64,000 nt of DNA from an uncultured cyanobacterium (GTDB lineage Bacteria; Cyanobacteriota; Cyanobacteriia; CAKZMO01): the NCBI GenBank assembly GCA_963719515.1, contig CAVRCJ010000003.1:296144-360143 (forward strand), given 5' to 3'. Each line of letters starts with the position of its first letter. Position 1 is the stretch's first letter. The notes below the pieces were generated by a model. That model did not search any database, had not been told where the DNA came from, and worked only from the letters and a program-made list of their open reading frames with translations. Position numbers and translations under genes: made by a program. Positions 31,121 to 42,354 of this stretch are shown piece after piece.

Positions 31121-31612
31121 TTAGCGCCTGTAGGCAAACCAGAGAACGAATGCCAGCATCGCAAATAATACCGCAACAATCCCGACTCGCAAACCAACTT
31201 CGGCATTGAGCGTAGCAATCAGGAAGACAATCACCAGTCCTAGACAGGCCATCAGCGTCAGGGGCAGAAATTCTTGACCCAGGGTCGAACGCGCAACGCT
31301 CCACTGCTGTCCCGTCCATCGCCAAACTTTCTTTTGCGGATATACGGCGGAGAGCTGCTCGATGGTTTCTCCGCTCTCGTGAACGACAAAAATTTGCTGA
31401 CAGCGATCGCATCCGAAGGCCTCTGTCAGGGTAATCGGAACAAGCCGTCCCTGGCGTCGGCAGGGACAGGGATAGCTATTGTTGAAGCTGATCTTGTTAG
31501 GTCGTTGGATCTGCACAGGCGCTGCTAGAACACGTCGAGTCAACAGGATGGCTAAGGTCTGCTGAGCCCGATGGTAAGTGAGGCCACCGAGTCCCGCTGG
31601 AGAAATCTCCAC
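31121..31612 (-). CDS. Hypothetical small membrane protein with CPC...CxxC zinc-ribbon-like motif
   Basis: 163-aa ORF; Cys pairs CPCRR...CDRC followed by two C-terminal TM helices; lies between tRNA-Gly and proA on the same strand. Confidence 0.4.
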   Translation of the reverse strand: MEISPAGLGGLTYHRAQQTLAILLTRRVLAAPVQIQRPNKISFNNSYPCPCRRQGRLVPITLTEAFGCDRCQQIFVVHESGETIEQLSAVYPQKKVWRWTGQQWSVARSTLGQEFLPLTLMACLGLVIVFLIATLNAEVGLRVGIVAVLFAMLAFVLWFAYRR

Positions 31613-31652
31613 GTGCCATAAGCTATCTTAGCCTATGCCTATTTCTGAGAAA

Positions 31653-31724
31653 AGCGGGTAACGCGATTCGAACGCGCGACATTCACCTTGGCAAGGTGAC
31701 GCTCTACCACTGAGCTATACCCGC
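31653..31724 (-). tRNA. tRNA-Gly (anticodon GCC)
   Basis: Reverse complement GCGGGTATAGCTCAGTGGTAGAGCGTCACCTTGCCAAGGTGAATGTCGCGCGTTCGAATCGCGTTACCCGCT folds as a cloverleaf; anticodon loop TTGCCAA; close to E. coli tRNA-Gly-GCC. Confidence 0.9.
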
Positions 31725-31903
31725 AAAATTAGACTATTTACTATCATGCCGAAGTTTGGGTATTGTGTCAACCCTTTCAAATTACGATCGCGTCTTGGTT
31801 TGTGTCACATCGTTAACTTTCCTTCTTTTTCTTGCAAAAGCCTGACTATATTTGATGTCGGCTGCCCGACCGCCCAACGCTTGGTTCTACGACGTCCTGC
31901 ACA

Positions 31904-34900
31904 ATGACTAACCCCTCTGGCTATTACCGATTCCCGACGATTCACGGCGATCGCGTGGTGTTTGTCTGCGAAGATGACCTCTGGAGCGTGCCGGCCAGTG
32001 GCGGCACCGCCGTGCGGCTCACCGCGAATTTAGGAGAGGTCAGTCATCCGGCCCTGTCTCCCGATGGGCAGCAGCTCGCTTTTGTGGGCCGGGAGGAGGG
32101 GCATCTTGAGGTGTACGTCATGCCCGCAGCCGGCGGCAGCGCCAAACGGCTGACCTTTCTAGGCGCTGCCGTGCAGGTTTCAGGGTGGACCGCCGACGGA
32201 CGAATTGTCTTTGCCAGCAGCACCGGACAGCCCTTTCGCCGATTGATGACGCTGCACAGCGTCAGCCCTGAAGGGGGTCTGCCGCTGCCGCTGCCCTACG
32301 GCATGGCCCATACGGTCTCGTTTGGGCCCAACGGGGGCGTGCTGTTGGGGCGAAATATCGGCGATCCGGCCCGCTGGAAGCGCTATCGCGGCGGGCTAGC
32401 GGGGGTCATGTGGATTGACGCTGACGGCAGCGGCACCTTCGAGCGGCTCGATCTTAAGGGCAATATTGCCGCCCCGATGTGGATTGGCAATCGCCTCTAT
32501 TTCATCTCCGACCACGATGGCATCGGCAACCTCTACTCCTGCACCCCCGCAGGTGAAGACCTGCAGCGCCTGACAAACCATCGGGACTATTACTTGCGCA
32601 ACGCCACCACCGACGGGCAGCACATCGTTTACCACGCGGGGGCGGATCTATATTGCCTTGAGGTTGCCTCCGGTACCCAGCGTTCTATTCCGGTTGAATT
32701 TTACAGTCCTCGGATTCAGCGGCAGCGCAAGTTTGTCGATACGGGCTACTACCTGGAAGACTACGGCCTTCACCCCAAAGGCCAAGCTACCCTGATTACC
32801 AGCCGGGGACAGAGCTTTAGCTTTGGCCATTGGGAGGGGGCGGTTATGCCGCTGAAGCCGCACGAAGCAGAGCGATATCGCCTGACGCAGTGGCTCCACG
32901 ACGGTAGCCGGTTTGTCACGGTGAGCACCGGGGCCAGCGAGGAAGCTACATCAGGCGCGGAAGTGCTGACGGTGTTGGACAGCGATTTTGAGGCTGCCTC
33001 TATGAGCTTGGATGGTCTTGACGTAGGCCGCGTCGTCGCCCTCAAGGCCTCGCCCGCTGCCAATCAGGTGGTGCTCTCTAATCACCGCCACGAGCTGATT
33101 TGGGTTGACCTCGACAGCCGTCAGTTTCGGGTGCTCGACCACAGCCGCTACCAGCGTATCCACGGCTTCAGCTGGTCTGCTGACGGCGAGTGGGTGGTCT
33201 ATGGCTGCAGCGAAACCCAGTACACCTCCTCGATAAAGCTAGGGCGGATTGCAGACGGTGAGCTCTACCAGCTAACGCCTCCGCGCTTTTTTGACTACGA
33301 CCCTAGCTTTGACCCCCAAGGCAAGTTCATCTACTTTCTGTCGGTGCGAGAGTTCAACCCGGTGTACGACAGCGTCTACTTCGACCTCAACTTTCCCCGC
33401 GCGACTCGCCCTTTCCTGATTTCGCTGCAAAAAGACACCCCCTCTCCCTTCGTGCCGGTTCCTAAACCTCTCTGTGAGGATGATGGTGACGAGGAGAAAA
33501 GCGACGATCACAAGAGCGACGAGGGCGCTGCCGAACAGGACGCGGGCAGGACGCCGGACGGCGATCGCTCTGAGCCCCACAAGTCTGGAACTATCGCTAT
33601 CGACTTCGACGGCATCGAGCAGCGGGTCGTGGGCTTCCCGGTGTCTGAAGGGCGCTATGCCCAAATCTGGGGCCTTAAGGAGGGGGTTCTCTTCAGCTCA
33701 GCGCCTGTTCAGGGCAGCTTGGGCGGCGACTGGGGCAGCGAAGCTCCCGCCACCGACGCCAAGATCGAAATTTATGATTTCAAGACCCAGAGCTGTGAGC
33801 TGGTAGCAGAAAACGTCACCGACTTTAAGGTAGGCCCAGACCACAGTACGCTGATCTATCGATCGGGCGATCGCCTGCGGGTCTGTGCCGCTAAAGCCCA
33901 GTCGGAGGGTGAGGATCCTGGCGACGAGGAGCCCGGCCGCAAGACGGGCTGGCTCGACCTAGATCGGGTGCGTATCTCGGTGCTGCCCCAGCAGGAGTGG
34001 CAGCAAATGTTGGCGGAGATTTGGAGCCTGCAGCGGGATCACTTTTGGACTGAAGACCTGTCGGGGGTGGATTGGGAGCAGGTGTATCAGCGGTATTGTC
34101 CCCTGCTTGGCCGGGTCTCGACGCGCTCTGAATTTTCTGACCTCGTGTGGGAAATGCAGGGGGAGCTGGGGACTTCCCACGCTTACGAGATGGGCGGCGA
34201 CTACCGAGAAGAGCCCGACTACGCCCTGGGATTTTTGGGGGCGGACTTTGCCTATAGCGCCGAGACTGAGGTCTACCACATCGCCCATATTGTTCAGGGA
34301 GACTCCTGGAGTAAGCAGGCTGCGCCGCTGCAGGAAATTGGGGTGAATCTGCAAGACGGCGATCGCCTCCTCGCTATCAATGGTCAGCGCCTGACCCGCC
34401 AGTGCTCTCCTCACGAGCTGTTGGTGCATCAGGCGGGCTGTCGGGTGCAGCTGACGGTGACAGACCGCGATGGGCACAATCGCCGGACGGTTACCGTCAA
34501 AGCCCTAGAGGGCGATCGCCCTCTGCGCTATCGGGAGTGGGTGGAGCGCAATTACCAAACCGTGGCCGAGGCTACCGAGGGCCGCGTGGGGTACGTGCAT
34601 ATTCCCAATATGGGTCCAGAGGGATACGCTGAGTTTCACCGCTACTACTTTGCTGAGGTGCATAAGCAGGGGCTGCTGGTGGACGTTCGCTTCAATGGCG
34701 GCGGCCATGTCTCCCAGCTTATTTTAGAAAAGCTCGCTCGCCGGCGCATTGGCTACGACGTCCCTCGCTGGGAGCAGCCCGAGCCCTACCCCTCCGACTC
34801 GATGGCAGGCCCCATCGTTGCCCTGACCAACGAGCAGGCCGGCTCTGACGGCGATATCTTCAGCCACTGCTTCAAATTGATGAACATTGGCCCTTTAATC

Positions 34901-35188
34901 GGAACCCGCACCTGGGGCGGGGTCATCGGCATCTGGCCCCGCCATCAGCTGGCGGACCACAGCATTGTCACTCAGCCCGAGTACTCGTTCTGGTTTAAAG
35001 ACGTAGGCTGGGGAGTAGAAAATTATGGCACCGATCCCACCATCCCCGTAGATATTGCGCCTCAAGACTGGGCCGCAGGGAAAGACCCACAGTTGGAAAA
35101 GGGGATTGAGGTAATTCTCCGGCAGCTAGAGGAGCATCCGGTGCAGCTGCCAGACTTCAGCGATCGCCCCCAGCTGCACCTACCGTAA
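31904..35188 (+). CDS. Tricorn protease homolog (S41-family peptidase with beta-propeller domains)
   Basis: 1094 aa; N-terminal motif YYRFPTIHGDRVVF..DDLW and C-terminal S41 peptidase domain. Confidence 0.9.
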   Translation: MTNPSGYYRFPTIHGDRVVFVCEDDLWSVPASGGTAVRLTANLGEVSHPALSPDGQQLAFVGREEGHLEVYVMPAAGGSAKRLTFLGAAVQVSGWTADGRIVFASSTGQPFRRLMTLHSVSPEGGLPLPLPYGMAHTVSFGPNGGVLLGRNIGDPARWKRYRGGLAGVMWIDADGSGTFERLDLKGNIAAPMWIGNRLYFISDHDGIGNLYSCTPAGEDLQRLTNHRDYYLRNATTDGQHIVYHAGADLYCLEVASGTQRSIPVEFYSPRIQRQRKFVDTGYYLEDYGLHPKGQATLITSRGQSFSFGHWEGAVMPLKPHEAERYRLTQWLHDGSRFVTVSTGASEEATSGAEVLTVLDSDFEAASMSLDGLDVGRVVALKASPAANQVVLSNHRHELIWVDLDSRQFRVLDHSRYQRIHGFSWSADGEWVVYGCSETQYTSSIKLGRIADGELYQLTPPRFFDYDPSFDPQGKFIYFLSVREFNPVYDSVYFDLNFPRATRPFLISLQKDTPSPFVPVPKPLCEDDGDEEKSDDHKSDEGAAEQDAGRTPDGDRSEPHKSGTIAIDFDGIEQRVVGFPVSEGRYAQIWGLKEGVLFSSAPVQGSLGGDWGSEAPATDAKIEIYDFKTQSCELVAENVTDFKVGPDHSTLIYRSGDRLRVCAAKAQSEGEDPGDEEPGRKTGWLDLDRVRISVLPQQEWQQMLAEIWSLQRDHFWTEDLSGVDWEQVYQRYCPLLGRVSTRSEFSDLVWEMQGELGTSHAYEMGGDYREEPDYALGFLGADFAYSAETEVYHIAHIVQGDSWSKQAAPLQEIGVNLQDGDRLLAINGQRLTRQCSPHELLVHQAGCRVQLTVTDRDGHNRRTVTVKALEGDRPLRYREWVERNYQTVAEATEGRVGYVHIPNMGPEGYAEFHRYYFAEVHKQGLLVDVRFNGGGHVSQLILEKLARRRIGYDVPRWEQPEPYPSDSMAGPIVALTNEQAGSDGDIFSHCFKLMNIGPLIGTRTWGGVIGIWPRHQLADHSIVTQPEYSFWFKDVGWGVENYGTDPTIPVDIAPQDWAAGKDPQLEKGIEVILRQLEEHPVQLPDFSDRPQLHLP

Positions 35189-35194
35189 GCCTCT

Positions 35195-36130
35195 TCAGGA
35201 AACCGTCGGGCGCCCTCTGTAAAGTCTGGTGGCAATTCTGATCCCTTCAGAGGCCCCCATGTCAAACTGCTGAGCTTGGTCGGCACCGTCCTGAGGGTCA
35301 ACAGCCTGGGTTTTGAGATTCACAGGCTGTCCCCGATATGTCCCCTTCGCTCCGGGGGCGCGATCGCCGCTAGCCGCCGGAGATGAAGGCCTGTCGGTTG
35401 ATGCCGTTTTATTCGCAACGACCTGACCGCGATAGAGCAACTTTCCCCTCTTCGGACTTTGTGGGGATTCTGAATCTGGGCGTATGGGATCTGGGTTGAT
35501 AAAATCTGGCGCGACCGAAGCTTCTTCAAGCTGGAAACGGTCTCGTTCTGCAACAGTCTGCCCGCGTGGAAGAATTGTCTGGTCAAGATAGCAATCATTG
35601 TGCAGCTTGAGCTCGTCGACCAAGCTATCTGTCAATACCGCACGGGCAAACTCAGTTCTCGCAAACTTAGCCTCTGTTAGATCAGCTTCAGTTAGATCTG
35701 ACCCCTGAAAGCGGGTCAAACTCAGCAGCGTTTGTCGCAAATCAGCTTGAACTAGGCGCGCATTGTTGGCAACGGCTTCTGATAAGTTTGCCCCGACTAA
35801 AATAGCGCCCGATAGGTTTGAGCCGGTCAAGTCTGCTCGAATGAAGCGTGCGCCATCGCAGCGCGCTTTGGTCAAGTTGGCATTTGTCAAGCTGGCATAC
35901 TCCAGCTTAGCCATCTTGAGTACCGCACCCGAGAGATTGGCATTGTTTAAATTGGCTTTCTTCAAATTGGCCCTGGAAAAATCAACGCCGCTCAAGTTGG
36001 CATAGTTGAAATTGGCACCTTTTAGCTTAGCGCCCTTAAAGGTAGTTCCTCTAAGATCTTGATGAGAAAAATCTTGACCGGAAAGGTCAAGCCCCGTGAA
36101 GTCTTGTTGTTGATTTTCAGGATTTGCCAT
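35195..36130 (-). CDS. Pentapeptide-repeat protein
   Basis: Tandem A(D/N)Lxx pentapeptides across ~200 aa; Pro/Ser-rich C-terminus. Confidence 0.85.
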   Translation of the reverse strand: MANPENQQQDFTGLDLSGQDFSHQDLRGTTFKGAKLKGANFNYANLSGVDFSRANLKKANLNNANLSGAVLKMAKLEYASLTNANLTKARCDGARFIRADLTGSNLSGAILVGANLSEAVANNARLVQADLRQTLLSLTRFQGSDLTEADLTEAKFARTEFARAVLTDSLVDELKLHNDCYLDQTILPRGQTVAERDRFQLEEASVAPDFINPDPIRPDSESPQSPKRGKLLYRGQVVANKTASTDRPSSPAASGDRAPGAKGTYRGQPVNLKTQAVDPQDGADQAQQFDMGASEGIRIATRLYRGRPTVS

Positions 36131-36910
36131 AGGGTGGGGTAACTCTATCTAGGTGAGGACTCTAGGTCAATTGCCGATTAATCCAATGCTAACCTGCATT
36201 GAAAAGTTTATTATTTTGGAAATATAATATTACACTCATTCCTTTGAAGATTGTGTATATTTCCTAGAAGTGAAGAAACAAAACCGTTAGAGTCAAGCGA
36301 TCTTGGCGGCTGCCGCAGTCCGCAAAGCTACCGCCGATAATGCCCATCGGTATCGGCCATCTACTTAAGTACGTCTGAGAGACGACAAAAGATCACTTAA
36401 TTAATGACTACGCACTGCACAAAATGGGACTTGGGTCACAGGCTATATTGAACGAGCGGGTCATAATAGTGTTGTCCAAGGGGGGAACGAAACGTGCTGC
36501 TTGGACTGAGAGTGATCCCTTAGCTTTTGAGACTGCAGCCTCGGAAATCCGGGGCTGCGAAATTGATGAGCTGGCTCCTGCGCGATCGCCTTGAGGCAAT
36601 TTTTAAAAGTCCTGCTTTCCGAAATTGCAGTTTCACCCGCTGTAGTACTTTGTAGCAAACCGCCCAACAGCAAATCGCTCGGCTCAGCTTACTCAACCTC
36701 CAACTGACACCGCGCTCAGGCGGTTCACATTCTACTCCAGCTGAGAGGTCTCCGGGAAAGAGGCTCTAGGCAAGACGTCTGGCCGTTCCCTCCGTCGCTA
36801 AGGCCCCTGTTCCAATCTGGCTAGCCTTGTCTACAGCATTATGATCTTTGCCCACAGCCCTGTGAGCCTCAATATAGGCCAACCTTTGACGTTGATGGAC
36901 AGCCCCAAAC

Positions 36911-37309
36911 ATGAACGACTTTATTTCGGCGTATGTTCCTACTCGGACCGCCGCTTCCAACGCTAAATCCTTTGCTAAACAACCCCGCACCCTACTGCAA
37001 GAAGTTGTGGAAGGCTTGCCCGGTGGCTTCTTGATCTTGACGAGAGAGGGAGGCGTTATCGGCAGCAACAGCCGTGCGCGCTCAATCTGCCGTCGGTTGA
37101 GCGACCCTTCAGCGCCGGTCAACGACGCTCCTCACCCCATTTGGCAGCTCTGTACGCCCCTGTTTGAGCAATCGCAGATGCTCTCTGGCCATACCATGTC
37201 GGTTGAAGGTACCGTAGGCCTCACAAAGTCCACCATCATTCGGGTCCGGGCCCGCTGGCTGCAGCCGGCTCGATCTGAGCGAATTTTGGTGCTTTTAGAT
37301 GCCGCGTAG
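36911..37309 (+). CDS. Hypothetical protein
   Basis: 132-aa ORF with coding-like codon usage; no motif recognised. Confidence 0.35.
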   Translation: MNDFISAYVPTRTAASNAKSFAKQPRTLLQEVVEGLPGGFLILTREGGVIGSNSRARSICRRLSDPSAPVNDAPHPIWQLCTPLFEQSQMLSGHTMSVEGTVGLTKSTIIRVRARWLQPARSERILVLLDAA

Positions 37310-37354
37310 CAGGAGCTTATATAGACTCCTGGCGATCGCCGGTCTTGTGACGGG

Positions 37355-37678
37355 CTAAAGCCTAACTGCTGTTCCTGTGGCGGTAATCAATAGCAGCACG
37401 CCGGTCTCATCTAGCTTGATGGTGCCGGTATTGATTTCAATGCCGATCACCCCAGTTGCTCCAAGACGGGCCGCTCGCCGCTCAAGCTCCTCAATGACCT
37501 CCTGCTGGCCTTTCTCAAAGACGCGTTCGTACCCAGCCGTTCGACCACCGATAATGTCTCGAATTCCCGCAAAAAAGTCTCTAAGGGCGTTACTGCCGTA
37601 GACCACCTCAGCCGTTACAACCCCAAGATACTCGGCGACCGTAGTCCCCTGAATTACGTCAGTTGTCGACAAAATCAT
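37355..37678 (-). CDS. YbjQ/UPF0145 family protein
   Basis: Starting at internal ATG 37678 (MILSTTD...) the ~107-aa product matches the YbjQ_1 pentameric-domain pattern (GVVTAEVVYGSN...GGRTAGYE...GATGVIGIE). Confidence 0.8.
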   Translation of the reverse strand: MILSTTDVIQGTTVAEYLGVVTAEVVYGSNALRDFFAGIRDIIGGRTAGYERVFEKGQQEVIEELERRAARLGATGVIGIEINTGTIKLDETGVLLLITATGTAVRL

Positions 37679-37842
37679 AGCCTTGCTCCCCTTACGACAA
37701 TGCGGCTTCATTCTGTCATAACAGGGGGGCGATCGCTGTAAGACCTCAGGGAGATTTGTCCCCAATCGTTGGCGAAATAGGGGCAAACCGGCTATGATAA
37801 TCCCCGATTGATGACGCATTGTAACGATGGGCACTTAGGCAC

Positions 37843-38922
37843 GTGATGCAACGAAGTCTTTTGGTGATCGGGCTAGCGGGATTGATGGCCTTGTCGAGCG
37901 GCACGCCGGTCGTTGCGCAAGCGACATCGACCTCAGAAGAGGCCAGCGAGCGCCTCAACGGTCTTCTAGAACAGGCTAGGGAGCAGGTCGATGCCAACAA
38001 CTATCCGCAGGCGATCGCCCTCTACGAAGAGGCCGCCAGGCTAGATTCGGAAAACCCCCGCATCTTTTCAGGCATTGGGTATCTAGAAGCCCAGGGAGGC
38101 AATTTTGAGGCCGCTGTGACGGCGTATCAGCGGGCCGTTGCCCTCGAGGCTGATAACGCCGACTTCCAGTATTCTTTGGGCTATAGCCTCGCTAAACTGC
38201 AGGACTACGCCGGAGCTGCCCAGTCCTACCGCCGTGCCGCTCAGATCGACAGCAACAATGCCGAAGCCTTGCTGGGGTTGGGGGTTGTGCTGACGCGGCT
38301 AGAGGATTACGGCGGAGCGCTCGAGGCCTATCAGCAGGTGGTGGCGCTGCAGCCCAACAACGCCAGCGTTTACGAGTTCATGGGGGCCCTGTTTATCGAA
38401 GATAGCCGTTACGAAGAGGCCATCACCGTTTTACAGCAGGCCGCCGCCGCTGCCCCAGGCCGCAGCAGCGTTTATCACAACCTGGGCGTGGCTTGGGTCA
38501 ACCTCAATAACATAGACGCAGGAATCGACGCCTTTCGGCGGGCCTCCTCTTTGGACCCTGACGACGCCCAAGTTCACCTGCAGATTGGAGACATTTTGAA
38601 GTCTCAAGATCGTATTGATGAAGCGTTTACGGCCTATCGACGGGCATCGCGCATCAACCCAGATTCAGCTGAGGCCCATGCGCTGATCGGCGAAATTTAT
38701 CTTGAGCGGGGCAATTTTCTGCTGGCAATGGTGGAGTACCAGTGGGTGATTGAGCTAGACCCCAGCTCAGCCGCTGCCCACTACCAGCTTGGAAGGGCAT
38801 TTTTAGGTAATCAGCAGCCTCGGCGGGCTAGAGAAGCCCTTGAGCAGGCGCTAGCGCTATATGAGCAGCAGGGCGATGCCGACGGGGTTGCCCAGGTTGA
38901 GGCGACTCTGGCAGATCTATAG
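37843..38922 (+). CDS. TPR-repeat protein with signal peptide
   Basis: Repeated 34-aa TPR units (AxxYxxAxxLDP...); N-terminal signal-like segment. Confidence 0.85.
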   Translation: MMQRSLLVIGLAGLMALSSGTPVVAQATSTSEEASERLNGLLEQAREQVDANNYPQAIALYEEAARLDSENPRIFSGIGYLEAQGGNFEAAVTAYQRAVALEADNADFQYSLGYSLAKLQDYAGAAQSYRRAAQIDSNNAEALLGLGVVLTRLEDYGGALEAYQQVVALQPNNASVYEFMGALFIEDSRYEEAITVLQQAAAAAPGRSSVYHNLGVAWVNLNNIDAGIDAFRRASSLDPDDAQVHLQIGDILKSQDRIDEAFTAYRRASRINPDSAEAHALIGEIYLERGNFLLAMVEYQWVIELDPSSAAAHYQLGRAFLGNQQPRRAREALEQALALYEQQGDADGVAQVEATLADL

Positions 38923-39002
38923 TGGCGGAGCTGCAGGGCCGTATTGATCGGCATTGACCGGCACAGCTCGGTCGGCACAGCACTGCCCTGCCCCAACCCG
39001 CA

Positions 39003-40967
39003 TTACTCGCCCTGACGCAGCTGGTCCAGTACCGAGCGGTCTTCTAAGGTGGAGGTGTCTCCCGCCACCTCTTCACCCGCCGCTAGCGATCGCAGCAGTC
39101 GCCGCATTATTTTGCCGGAGCGGGTTTTGGGCAGGGCATCGCTAAAGCGGATGTCGCCGGGGCGGGCGATGGGGCCGATCTCCTGGGAGACGTGCTGCCG
39201 CAGCGCTTTTTTCAGCTCCTCGCTGGGCTGGGCGCTGCCTTCTAAGGTGATGAAGGCGAAGATGTCTTCGCCCTTGAGGTCGTCGGGGCGTCCGACAACA
39301 GCCGCCTCCGCCACCGCCGGATGGGAGACTAGGGCCGACTCAATTTCCATGGTGCCCAGCCGGTGACCCGAAACGTTGATCACGTCGTCCACCCGGCCCA
39401 TCACCCAAAAGTAGCCATCCTCGTCCTTGCGGGCGCCGTCCCCTGCAAAGTAGAAATGCTGGCCGTCTTTGGGGGGCACCGGCTCCCAGTAGGTGCGCCG
39501 GAAGCGATCGTCGTCGCCGTACACCGTGCGGATCATGCTGGGCCAGGGGTGCTTCACCACTAAGTAACCCCCGTCCCCTTCTACCGGGTTGCCCTCCATA
39601 TCCACCACGTCCGCCAGGATGCCGGGAAAGGGTCGGGTGGCAGAGCCGGGCTTCGTCGGGATAGCGCCGGGCAGCGGCGTGAGCATGATGCCGCCGGTCT
39701 CCGTCTGCCACCAGGTATCGACGATGGGGCAGCGTTCGCCGCCGATTATCCGGTGGTACCACATCCAGGCTTCCGGGTTGATAGGTTCGCCTACGGTGCC
39801 CAGCAGCCGCAAGGAAGACAGGTCGCGGGCGTTAGGGTGCTCATCCCCCATCTTGATAAAGGCCCGAATGGCGGTGGGGGCGGTGTAAAGAATAGTGACC
39901 CCGTACTTCTCAATGATGTCCCAGGTGCAGCCTGGCGCTGAGGGGCGGGGGGCGCCTTCATACATGACTACGGTGGCCCCGTTAGAGAGCGGCCCATAGA
40001 CAATGTAGCTGTGACCCGTAATCCAGCCCACGTCCGCCGCGCACCAGTAAACATCCTCGTCCTTGAGGTCGAAAATCCACTTGCTGGTCACGTGGGTGTA
40101 AAGGTTGTAGCCGCCGGTGGTGTGCACCACGCCCTTAGGCTTGCCGGTGCTGCCGGAGGTGTAGAGGATGAACAGCATGTCTTCGCTGTCCATAGTCTCA
40201 GCGGGGCAGTCGGCGCTCACCTCGGCCTGCAGCTCGTGCCACCAGCGATCGCGCCCTTCCACCATTTCGACATTGCTTTGGGTGCGCTGCACCACCACCA
40301 CATGCTCCACGGTAGGGGCCGCGTTGCCCTCCAGCGCCTTGTCCACCTGTACCTTCAAGGGCACGGCCTTGTCTTTGCGGAAGCCCCCGTCTGCGGTGAC
40401 CACCGCCTTAGCTTTACCGTCGTTGAGCCGGTCCCGCAGGGCCTCCGCGCTAAAGCCGCCGAACACTACCGTATGGGGAGCGCCAATACGGGCGCAGGCC
40501 AGCATCGCGATCGCCGCCTCCGGAATCATGGGCATGTAGATGCCCACCACATCGCCTTTGCCGACGCCGAGCTGCTTGAGGGCATTGGCGAACTGGCACA
40601 CCTCCCGGTGAAGCTGGGCGTAGGTAAAGGTGCGAGAGTCTCCCGGCTCCCCTTCCCAAATTAGCGCCGCTTTATTTTTACGCCAGGTCTTTAGATGGCG
40701 GTCCAGGCAGTTATCGCTGATGTTGAGCTTGCCCCCCACAAACCACTTCGCGTGAGGTGGCTGCCAGTCGAGCACCGTATCCCAAGGCTCAAACCAGTGC
40801 AGCTCTTCTTTGGCAAGCTTGGCCCAAAATGCAGCGGGGTCGGCTTTGGCCTCTTCGTACAGCCGCTCGTAGTCTGCCTGACTTTTGATGTGGGCCTGCT
40901 GGGAGAAGGCGTCGCTGGGGGGAAAGCGCCGCTTTTCTTGAAGAATGGATTCGATCGCTTGTGTCAT
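39003..40967 (-). CDS. acs: Acetyl-CoA synthetase
   Basis: 654 aa; AMP-binding motif [12 protein letters not shown], Acs-specific N-terminus ([16 protein letters not shown]) and C-terminal lid. Confidence 0.95.
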   Translation of the reverse strand: MTQAIESILQEKRRFPPSDAFSQQAHIKSQADYERLYEEAKADPAAFWAKLAKEELHWFEPWDTVLDWQPPHAKWFVGGKLNISDNCLDRHLKTWRKNKAALIWEGEPGDSRTFTYAQLHREVCQFANALKQLGVGKGDVVGIYMPMIPEAAIAMLACARIGAPHTVVFGGFSAEALRDRLNDGKAKAVVTADGGFRKDKAVPLKVQVDKALEGNAAPTVEHVVVVQRTQSNVEMVEGRDRWWHELQAEVSADCPAETMDSEDMLFILYTSGSTGKPKGVVHTTGGYNLYTHVTSKWIFDLKDEDVYWCAADVGWITGHSYIVYGPLSNGATVVMYEGAPRPSAPGCTWDIIEKYGVTILYTAPTAIRAFIKMGDEHPNARDLSSLRLLGTVGEPINPEAWMWYHRIIGGERCPIVDTWWQTETGGIMLTPLPGAIPTKPGSATRPFPGILADVVDMEGNPVEGDGGYLVVKHPWPSMIRTVYGDDDRFRRTYWEPVPPKDGQHFYFAGDGARKDEDGYFWVMGRVDDVINVSGHRLGTMEIESALVSHPAVAEAAVVGRPDDLKGEDIFAFITLEGSAQPSEELKKALRQHVSQEIGPIARPGDIRFSDALPKTRSGKIMRRLLRSLAAGEEVAGDTSTLEDRSVLDQLRQGE

Positions 40968-41176
40968 CGTGGGATAGCGCTGCAGTAGGTAGGAGATGTA
41001 GCCGAGACTACTGTTGAAAAGGGTACTGCGTTTTCCTCACCGATCTGCCGTTGGTTAGCTTTTCTTAGGGTTCGGGCCCAGCCCACTCCTAGGGGCTGCA
41101 TAGCAACCTGCAAGATGCTGGGTCCATTTGACCACGCCGATCGCGCTATCAGGGCTGGGCACAATTGAGAACGGCG

Positions 41177-41704
41177 CTAAAAGGTCGTTTTGCAGCTAGC
41201 CCTCATGTCGTCTTCAAAGCGAACCAACGCCTCATTATCCTTCTGTACGATTCGGGCTTCTCTATCCTGGGTCGCGTAGGCCTGCTGCGGCAGCTGCCAA
41301 AAAGCCTGCGTTTGATCCCAGGAAGGGCCTGCAACACACACCTGGCTGAGAATATCGGTAACTGAAACAATGCCGAGTAGTCTGTTGCTCTCTATGACCG
41401 GCGCATGAGAAACCTCCGCATCCGCAAGAAATTGCGCAGCCTCTTGTACCGTGGCGCTTAAGGGAATTTGAGCACAGGCTGGCCACATCAAGCTTCCCAC
41501 CCGGACGTGGCGAGGATCGCGCCCAGGGGCAACCACCTTGTGAACAATATCTTTCTCAACGAGGAGGCCGTAGCATCCATCTTCGTGACATTTTTCAACG
41601 ATGAGCGATCGCACTTGATTGGCCTGCATCAATCTAATCGCGTTTTCAATCGTATCTGAGCTGTGAATTACCACAGGTCTGGACATAATATCTCTAACAG
41701 TCAT
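41177..41704 (-). CDS. CBS-domain pair protein
   Basis: Two CBS motifs (VRDIMSRPVVI..., HAPVIESNRLLGIVSVTDIL). Confidence 0.8.
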   Translation of the reverse strand: MTVRDIMSRPVVIHSSDTIENAIRLMQANQVRSLIVEKCHEDGCYGLLVEKDIVHKVVAPGRDPRHVRVGSLMWPACAQIPLSATVQEAAQFLADAEVSHAPVIESNRLLGIVSVTDILSQVCVAGPSWDQTQAFWQLPQQAYATQDREARIVQKDNEALVRFEDDMRASCKTTF

Positions 41705-41805
41705 TACAATAGACCTCCTAAGTCTGCTCTGGTCTAAGACGGGTGCTTTCGTCGTCTAAGCTTTGTTATAGGTCAAAACTCTGAGGAAGTTATGAGGGAG
41801 AGCCA

Positions 41806-42204
41806 CTACTGCCAAGTCAAATATCCTGCAATTTGACTGGCGAGCGTAATGGGATCAAATGGCTTTGTAATCACGCCTTTTGCCCCGAGACTGTAAAACT
41901 TTCGCCTGTCGGCGGCCTGGGCCCTTGCGGTCAGAAAAACAACGGGAATGCTTTGAGTTTCTGGTATCGAGCGAAGTAGCTCTAAAGTCTCAATTCCATT
42001 CCGATGTGGCATTGTCACGTCCAGCAAAATAGCGTCTATCGCCTCGGCCTTAGCGATTTCAATGCCGCGGTCGCTGTCCAACGCTGTCAGCAGCTCCCAG
42101 TCGCACTGTAAACTCAAGCTCACTTGAATAATTTTGTGAATATCGGCTTCATCGTCGATCAATAAGATGCGTTTGCTCATGGGTTTCTGTCCTCCGGTCC
42201 CCAC
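41806..42204 (-). CDS. Single-domain response regulator (CheY-like receiver)
   Basis: DD-D-T-K receiver signature (ILLIDDEADI...LLDVTMP...VVFLTA...KP). Confidence 0.85.
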   Translation of the reverse strand: MGTGGQKPMSKRILLIDDEADIHKIIQVSLSLQCDWELLTALDSDRGIEIAKAEAIDAILLDVTMPHRNGIETLELLRSIPETQSIPVVFLTARAQAADRRKFYSLGAKGVITKPFDPITLASQIAGYLTWQ

Positions 42205-42354
42205 CCAGAATACTGCCAGTTCACACCTTCGTCACCGCAACTCTACACAATACGGTTATAAATCGTCCGGCTGGGTGCTCTAATTTTTTCCTTCATAGGT
42301 TCCTCAGATTTCCACCGTAGGCTTGATGCTAAGCCCCCATAAAAGCCGAGTGTT

